Of a DNA stretch of 64,000 nt, positions 59,811-64,000 are shown one piece after another. This DNA is from Sulfolobales archaeon. Its GTDB lineage: Archaea; Thermoproteota; Thermoprotei_A; Sulfolobales; AG1. The position numbers were made by a program, and so were the translations under genes. The notes under the pieces were generated by a model. It worked only from the letters and a program-made list of their open reading frames with translations, was not told where the DNA came from and searched no databases. Each line of letters starts with the position of its first letter. Positions within the stretch are counted from its first letter, which is position 1. The stretch is from the NCBI GenBank assembly GCA_038867615.1, contig JAWBYA010000003.1, positions 96,001-160,000 of the forward strand, written 5' to 3'.

Positions 59811-60299
59811 CTAACCCCCTGTGGAAACACATATACCCCCGTTCTGTGTTGAAAAGATCACTTTGAATGAGTAGACCTTGTTGGGATCTATGCTATCCAG
59901 TGTGTAGTTTATTGATAACACTTCTCCGGGATCCACGATCCCTGGGTTGATCTTGTCATTATATATTGCTTTCTGAAGATCTGATATTCTGCTTAGGCTC
60001 AGTATCTTTGACCCATCTGTCAGCAGTATTTCTAAGACCACATGGCTCTTATTATAGTCCCACCATCCTATGGATCCCGTGTTACTTATGTTAGCATTTA
60101 TTGTAATACTACTACCAGAGGCTAAAAGCCTTACCCCAGTTATAGAGCATAGATCATTGTTATAGAGGCTAGAGAGTCTCAGAGGATCTCTAGAGACCCA
60201 TGCAATTAGATCTATTGCTGTATGCGTGATCACAACAAACACCTGGATCACTGCTAATAGCATGAGACCCGAGGCGATAGCGTTTGAGAGACCCATCAT
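59811..60299 (-). CDS. arlF: Archaellum stator protein ArlF (FlaF)
   Basis: MGLS + N-terminal hydrophobic helix, NTGS, PGE, TQNG; position in operon. Confidence 0.78.
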   Translation of the reverse strand: MMGLSNAIASGLMLLAVIQVFVVITHTAIDLIAWVSRDPLRLSSLYNNDLCSITGVRLLASGSSITINANISNTGSIGWWDYNKSHVVLEILLTDGSKILSLSRISDLQKAIYNDKINPGIVDPGEVLSINYTLDSIDPNKVYSFKVIFSTQNGGICVSTGG

Positions 60300-60307
60300 A
60301 TCACCTC

Positions 60308-60766
60308 CTAGAAAGAGCATACAGAGTATTCGGAGACACCGTTGGGGTAGACGATCCTTACTGATACGATGTTTGTTTGTAGAGGGTTTGGTAGTGTTAT
60401 GTTTATAACACCTATACTGCCTTGGGGTAGAACCTGGCCTCCTCCTTGGATCAGGATCGCTGATGAGCCGCCTAATAGCCAGAGGGGCGCTTCAGAGCCT
60501 GGAGCTCCTATAAGGATATCAACACTGCTTAGGTTTACGGGTACTATACCTGTGTTCTTAACATATACTACATAGTTTGTCGAGCTGTTGCATGCCAGGT
60601 ATACGAGTTTAAGCCTTATCTGGGCGTTATTCTTCTCAATAGAAGAGATCTGGGAGAATAGAGAGTCCATCAAATATACCTTGGATAGAACAGCAGCTGA
60701 TAGAACTGCTGCTATTGTTACTGATGCTACCAGAAGTATTCCCTCAGTAATCGGCGTGCTTACCAT
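60308..60766 (-). CDS. arlG: Archaellum stator protein ArlG (FlaG)
   Basis: ITEGILLVASV helix, YVKNTG, YPNG; position in operon. Confidence 0.82.
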   Translation of the reverse strand: MVSTPITEGILLVASVTIAAVLSAAVLSKVYLMDSLFSQISSIEKNNAQIRLKLVYLACNSSTNYVVYVKNTGIVPVNLSSVDILIGAPGSEAPLWLLGGSSAILIQGGGQVLPQGSIGVINITLPNPLQTNIVSVRIVYPNGVSEYSVCSF

Positions 60767-60769
60767 GCC

Positions 60770-61936
60770 TCACCCCTCAGAGAGAGCCATTGCCAAGAAC
60801 TCAGCCTCCCTGTCAGAAACTCCGACAGATTTAGCAAGCTTGTGGAGTGTTAATGCAAGCCTCTTGGGAGGGATCTTTGTTCTCTCTATAAGCGATACGA
60901 CCTTCGCAACTATATCCATAGACTCTTTGGGAATCACGCCTGACGAGACGCCTAGTTCCACTATACCTAAGAGACCGTCTCTGCCTAATATTGATAGGTT
61001 GTCTCCGATAAATATGATCATTCTCATAAGCTTTGAAACACTCATCCTTTTAGAAAATATCTCAGCAAGTTCTTTGCTAAAATTATCGATATCAATGCTT
61101 TCAATACTCACCTCATCCATGTTCTGGCCGTTACTGTTATGTTCAACAATTTTGCCGGGTTCTTTGATAGGGTTCTTCTTAACCTCTATGTATTGGGTGG
61201 ATTGTTTCTTTCTATCTCCTCCATTAACCCCTGCTCCCTGGTCTGGGTTTAATCCTAGTTCCTCTATCTCCTCATCTGTTACAAATCTCCTCATATAGTT
61301 AAGGGGGTTGGAGATTTCTGAGAGAAGACTTCTTATATCGATCATAGCATTCTCAACAGCGCTTTTCATCTCTTCCAACTCTTTCTTAACGCTTATGATC
61401 TCCTGCGAAAAGCCATCGATCTTTGATATAAGGTCTGTAGTAGCCTTAGTCACCTCTTCTCTGATCACACCTTCTATATCGATCTTTGTGTTGCTAGCTG
61501 CTTGTGTTTTTGGTTCCTCTACAGCTTGTGTCTGTTCTATGGGTTCTTTTTTCTGATCACTGATGGGAACGGTTTCAACCTTTATTTCTTTGTCGATTTT
61601 TTCTGTGGGCTGTTTTGTTTCACTCTGCTCCTCTATATTTATAATATTTATATTATCTTTGATGCTGTCTATATCTATTTTCTCTGTTTTCTCAGATCCA
61701 AGCCTTATTCTATTGCCCCTAATGTTGAACAGATATAGCAGGAGCATTGCTAGCGGTGTTGCTGATGCTATTAATATAATTAATAAATAATTACTCCTGT
61801 CACTATCTACAACTATTAAACCCCAGTTACTGATCACAACAAAGGCTAAGGCTATGGATGAAATGAGCAAAACAGCAACCCCGGTTGCTGTGTATATGTC
61901 AATGCTAAGTCTAGCTCTAAAGCCCAGCAAAATCAC
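60770..61936 (-). CDS. arlX: Crenarchaeal archaellum ring protein ArlX (FlaX)
   Basis: N-terminal TM segments, charged linker, coiled coil ending DIRSLLSEISNPLN; first gene of operon. Confidence 0.75.
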   Translation of the reverse strand: MILLGFRARLSIDIYTATGVAVLLISSIALAFVVISNWGLIVVDSDRSNYLLIILIASATPLAMLLLYLFNIRGNRIRLGSEKTEKIDIDSIKDNINIINIEEQSETKQPTEKIDKEIKVETVPISDQKKEPIEQTQAVEEPKTQAASNTKIDIEGVIREEVTKATTDLISKIDGFSQEIISVKKELEEMKSAVENAMIDIRSLLSEISNPLNYMRRFVTDEEIEELGLNPDQGAGVNGGDRKKQSTQYIEVKKNPIKEPGKIVEHNSNGQNMDEVSIESIDIDNFSKELAEIFSKRMSVSKLMRMIIFIGDNLSILGRDGLLGIVELGVSSGVIPKESMDIVAKVVSLIERTKIPPKRLALTLHKLAKSVGVSDREAEFLAMALSEG

Positions 61937-62250
61937 CCTGGATAGTTTTTCTATATAACCCCCAGCCCAGGGGATAGGGGTATTGGTGAAGCAAGTGATC
62001 TTGGTAAGCGAGAGGTCCTAGTACTCCTATGTACAAATATGCTAAGGTCCAGAAAACCCGAGGGAATATAGGCTGTGAAGAGAGGTTATGATGGATATCT
62101 GTAAGATGGCTAGCGAGTATAAGAGCTCTCAATGTGGTCTCAACACATAGTAGGAGGTTCTGTTTCACTCTTATCAATCCAGAATCCCTCCCACTTATTC
62201 AACAATATCATAATATCTCATTTCACCCCCTGCGACGTTAGGTCTACGTA

Positions 62251-62265
62251 TCGACTATCCGTCGA
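62251..62265. promoter_or_regulatory. TCGAC-N5-GTCGA palindrome, candidate ArnR site
   Basis: TCGACTATCCGTCGA, preceded by degenerate GCGAC-N5-GTCTA at 62232-62246. Confidence 0.5.
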
Positions 62266-62410
62266 ACTGTGAGGATCTTCTGCTAGCTACGCGGGTAATA
62301 AAGTTTGATACTAATAGATCATTAGTAGTTAGTGTCGCCTTGTTGCTCTTCAGAGAACCTGGCTAGATCATATTTAACACGCTATAGATGTATGGTAATA
62401 CTACGCATTC

Positions 62411-62425
62411 TCGACACCCGGTCGA
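62411..62425. promoter_or_regulatory. TCGAC-N5-GTCGA palindrome, candidate ArnR site
   Basis: TCGACACCCGGTCGA 11 nt before ATG 62437. Confidence 0.5.
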
Positions 62426-62436
62426 CAATATTTACT

Positions 62437-63345
62437 ATGATAATATTAACACCACCGTCTACAAAATTACACGGGGGGTATATAGACCCATTCACAGATC
62501 ACGAAATAAAGAGAAAGATAAGCTTGTTCAGAGAGCTAGACTCCATGATAGACTTCTCCAAATCTAGCTACCAGCTTGATATAGTTATTTTCATCGGAAA
62601 TGTTGGAAAGCCGGTAAGTGTGGATGCAATAGTATCGGCCCTAGGGGTTGATAGAAAACAGGTTCTAGACGCGCTGAGGAAGCTAAAGATCAAAGGGATC
62701 GTGACTGCTAACAATAACTTCTATATGCTTACAAACACGGGTAAGAGGTTTTACGACTTGCTTGTAAAGAACATCGCTGATCACGATAATGGCCGTGATA
62801 ACGGCAGTGATAGTGAGTCGATAGTAAGGATTATCAGAAGGTTCCGCGGGATAGGAGTATCTATGGATATCATCAAGCTACTAGGGATATGGGGTAGACC
62901 TTTGAGACTAGATAAGATCGCAAAGAGATTTGGTGTAAGTGTTCCAGAGCTTCTTGAACTGCTCAGCCCGTTTACGAGAAGCACGGGAGGTGAGGATATC
63001 ATAAGACTTGTGGATTGTAAGGGTAGGTTTAGCAGGAAGACTACTAAGTGTCTATCGCTCTCTAGGATAGGGCTTGATATAGCTAGAACCCTGCCTGGTG
63101 TGAAAAAATACAGAATCCCCTATAGAATTATAGGTTCTCTAACGTTTACAGAAGATCTAGACGATGCTGTGGAAAGGATCATGATATATATAGCCGGGAT
63201 CCTTGTATTGATGCTATTATTTCAGCGAACACCGTATGGTAGGGAGGCCATGGTGGTGGGTTTCGCATCGATCATGTTCTTCATATTTCTATACATGTTC
63301 TCAAGAAAGATCTCGAAGATCTTTAGCAGATCGAAGATCATATAG
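62437..63345 (+). CDS. ArnR-like membrane-anchored wHTH archaellum regulator
   Basis: wHTH (VLDALRKLKIKGIV...LTNTG), second wHTH-like domain, two C-terminal TM helices; divergent from arl operon; start uncertain. Confidence 0.72.
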   Translation: MIILTPPSTKLHGGYIDPFTDHEIKRKISLFRELDSMIDFSKSSYQLDIVIFIGNVGKPVSVDAIVSALGVDRKQVLDALRKLKIKGIVTANNNFYMLTNTGKRFYDLLVKNIADHDNGRDNGSDSESIVRIIRRFRGIGVSMDIIKLLGIWGRPLRLDKIAKRFGVSVPELLELLSPFTRSTGGEDIIRLVDCKGRFSRKTTKCLSLSRIGLDIARTLPGVKKYRIPYRIIGSLTFTEDLDDAVERIMIYIAGILVLMLLFQRTPYGREAMVVGFASIMFFIFLYMFSRKISKIFSRSKII

Positions 63346-63727
63346 TAATATAATAGGAGGATAAATAAGACCACAGCAATAATAACTATTGCAAAGCCTC
63401 ATATAATAAGCTATATTAGCGTCAACCATTGCTCGTACAGCCGTTTGTTGTTCGTCCCCAGTATTCTTTGATATTCTTTATACCAAGGGCTTCAACATTG
63501 CCCATGGTGATAGAGAAACCCCCTAGTGCGGGTGAGGTAGAAGCATTTGTCTTGCGAGCCCGTGTTTCTGGCTATTGCTACTGCGATATAGCTACATATG
63601 TTGCGGCTTTAGATCTATCTTCGATATTCTCACTTTCATATATACATAGGGGTTTTGCTATATATAATATAACAGCTTAGCTGGGAGGTCTTGGTATCCT
63701 GTTTTAATTATTCATCATTTGATGATA

Positions 63728-64000
63728 TTACGTGTCACTATATCTGGAACTGGTTCTTGTAACATATATGCTAGTTGGTAGTGAGAGTGCTAGGAACATT
63801 AATGCCAGAAAGTAAGCTAGAGATCCGAACCCTGCGGTATCAAAGATCCTACCCCCCAGGATCTCTCCTAATCCTATACCAATACCAAGTGTAGTGACAT
63901 AGACACCCGCTGAGGGCCCTCTCCTCATATTATCAGTATAGTCAGCTAGGAGGGCTAGGAGTGTTGGTGGGATTGTTAGGGCTGGTGTTGCCAGGAGTAT
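63728..64000 (-). CDS. MFS transporter, C-terminal part (truncated by window end)
   Basis: Frame open to the edge: ALLADYTDNMRRGPSAGVY...G.G.GEILGG.IFD. Confidence 0.75.
   Translation of the reverse strand: MLLATPALTIPPTLLALLADYTDNMRRGPSAGVYVTTLGIGIGLGEILGGRIFDTAGFGSLAYFLALMFLALSLPTSIYVTRTSSRYSDT

Noticed and set aside
61917-62177. 86-aa ORF as the missing archaellin
   Set aside because: No class III signal peptide or hydrophobic N-terminal helix; probably spurious
62437-63345. WhiP replication initiator
   Set aside because: Two C-terminal TM helices and position beside the arl operon fit ArnR better
1-64000. CRISPR array, rRNA, and the many antisense or overlapping ORFs in the track
   Set aside because: No regularly spaced repeats or rRNA signature seen; the Ser/Ile/Leu-rich antisense ORFs are shadows of well-supported genes

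Overview
Core-genome segment of a thermophilic crenarchaeote (Thermoproteota, probably Desulfurococcales/Sulfolobales-like: rpl38e, single-OB SSB, TFE-beta, GAPN, ArlX/ArnR, many TTG/GTG starts). It holds about 65 mostly housekeeping genes, two intron-containing tRNAs (His, Cys), two divergent metal ABC operons sharing a tandem palindromic operator, and an archaellum operon (arlX-G-F-H-I-J plus an ArnR-like regulator, but no archaellin). Three small genes absent from the ORF track were read by hand: Urm1/MoaD-like, Sec61beta and rpl40e. Main points of interest: (1) a candidate replication origin at about 15.5-16.25 kb with four ORB-like boxes, no orc1/cdc6 nearby, a small wHTH gene between the boxes and one box inside the rpiA 3' end; (2) a perfect 27-bp inverted repeat pair (14593-14619 / 16037-16063), each copy a 7-7-7 palindrome, with further copies clustered around that origin; (3) a 322-aa intein with a decayed, Cys-enriched homing endonuclease in the motor ATPase ArlI; (4) a Ubl whose di-Gly is masked and which a -1 shift at a G5 run would fuse to a start-less Cgi121 frame; (5) an Rpo12-like protein with a Cys-rich N-terminal extension. 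No CRISPR array, rRNA or transposase was seen. All calls come from manual motif recognition; no searches were run.
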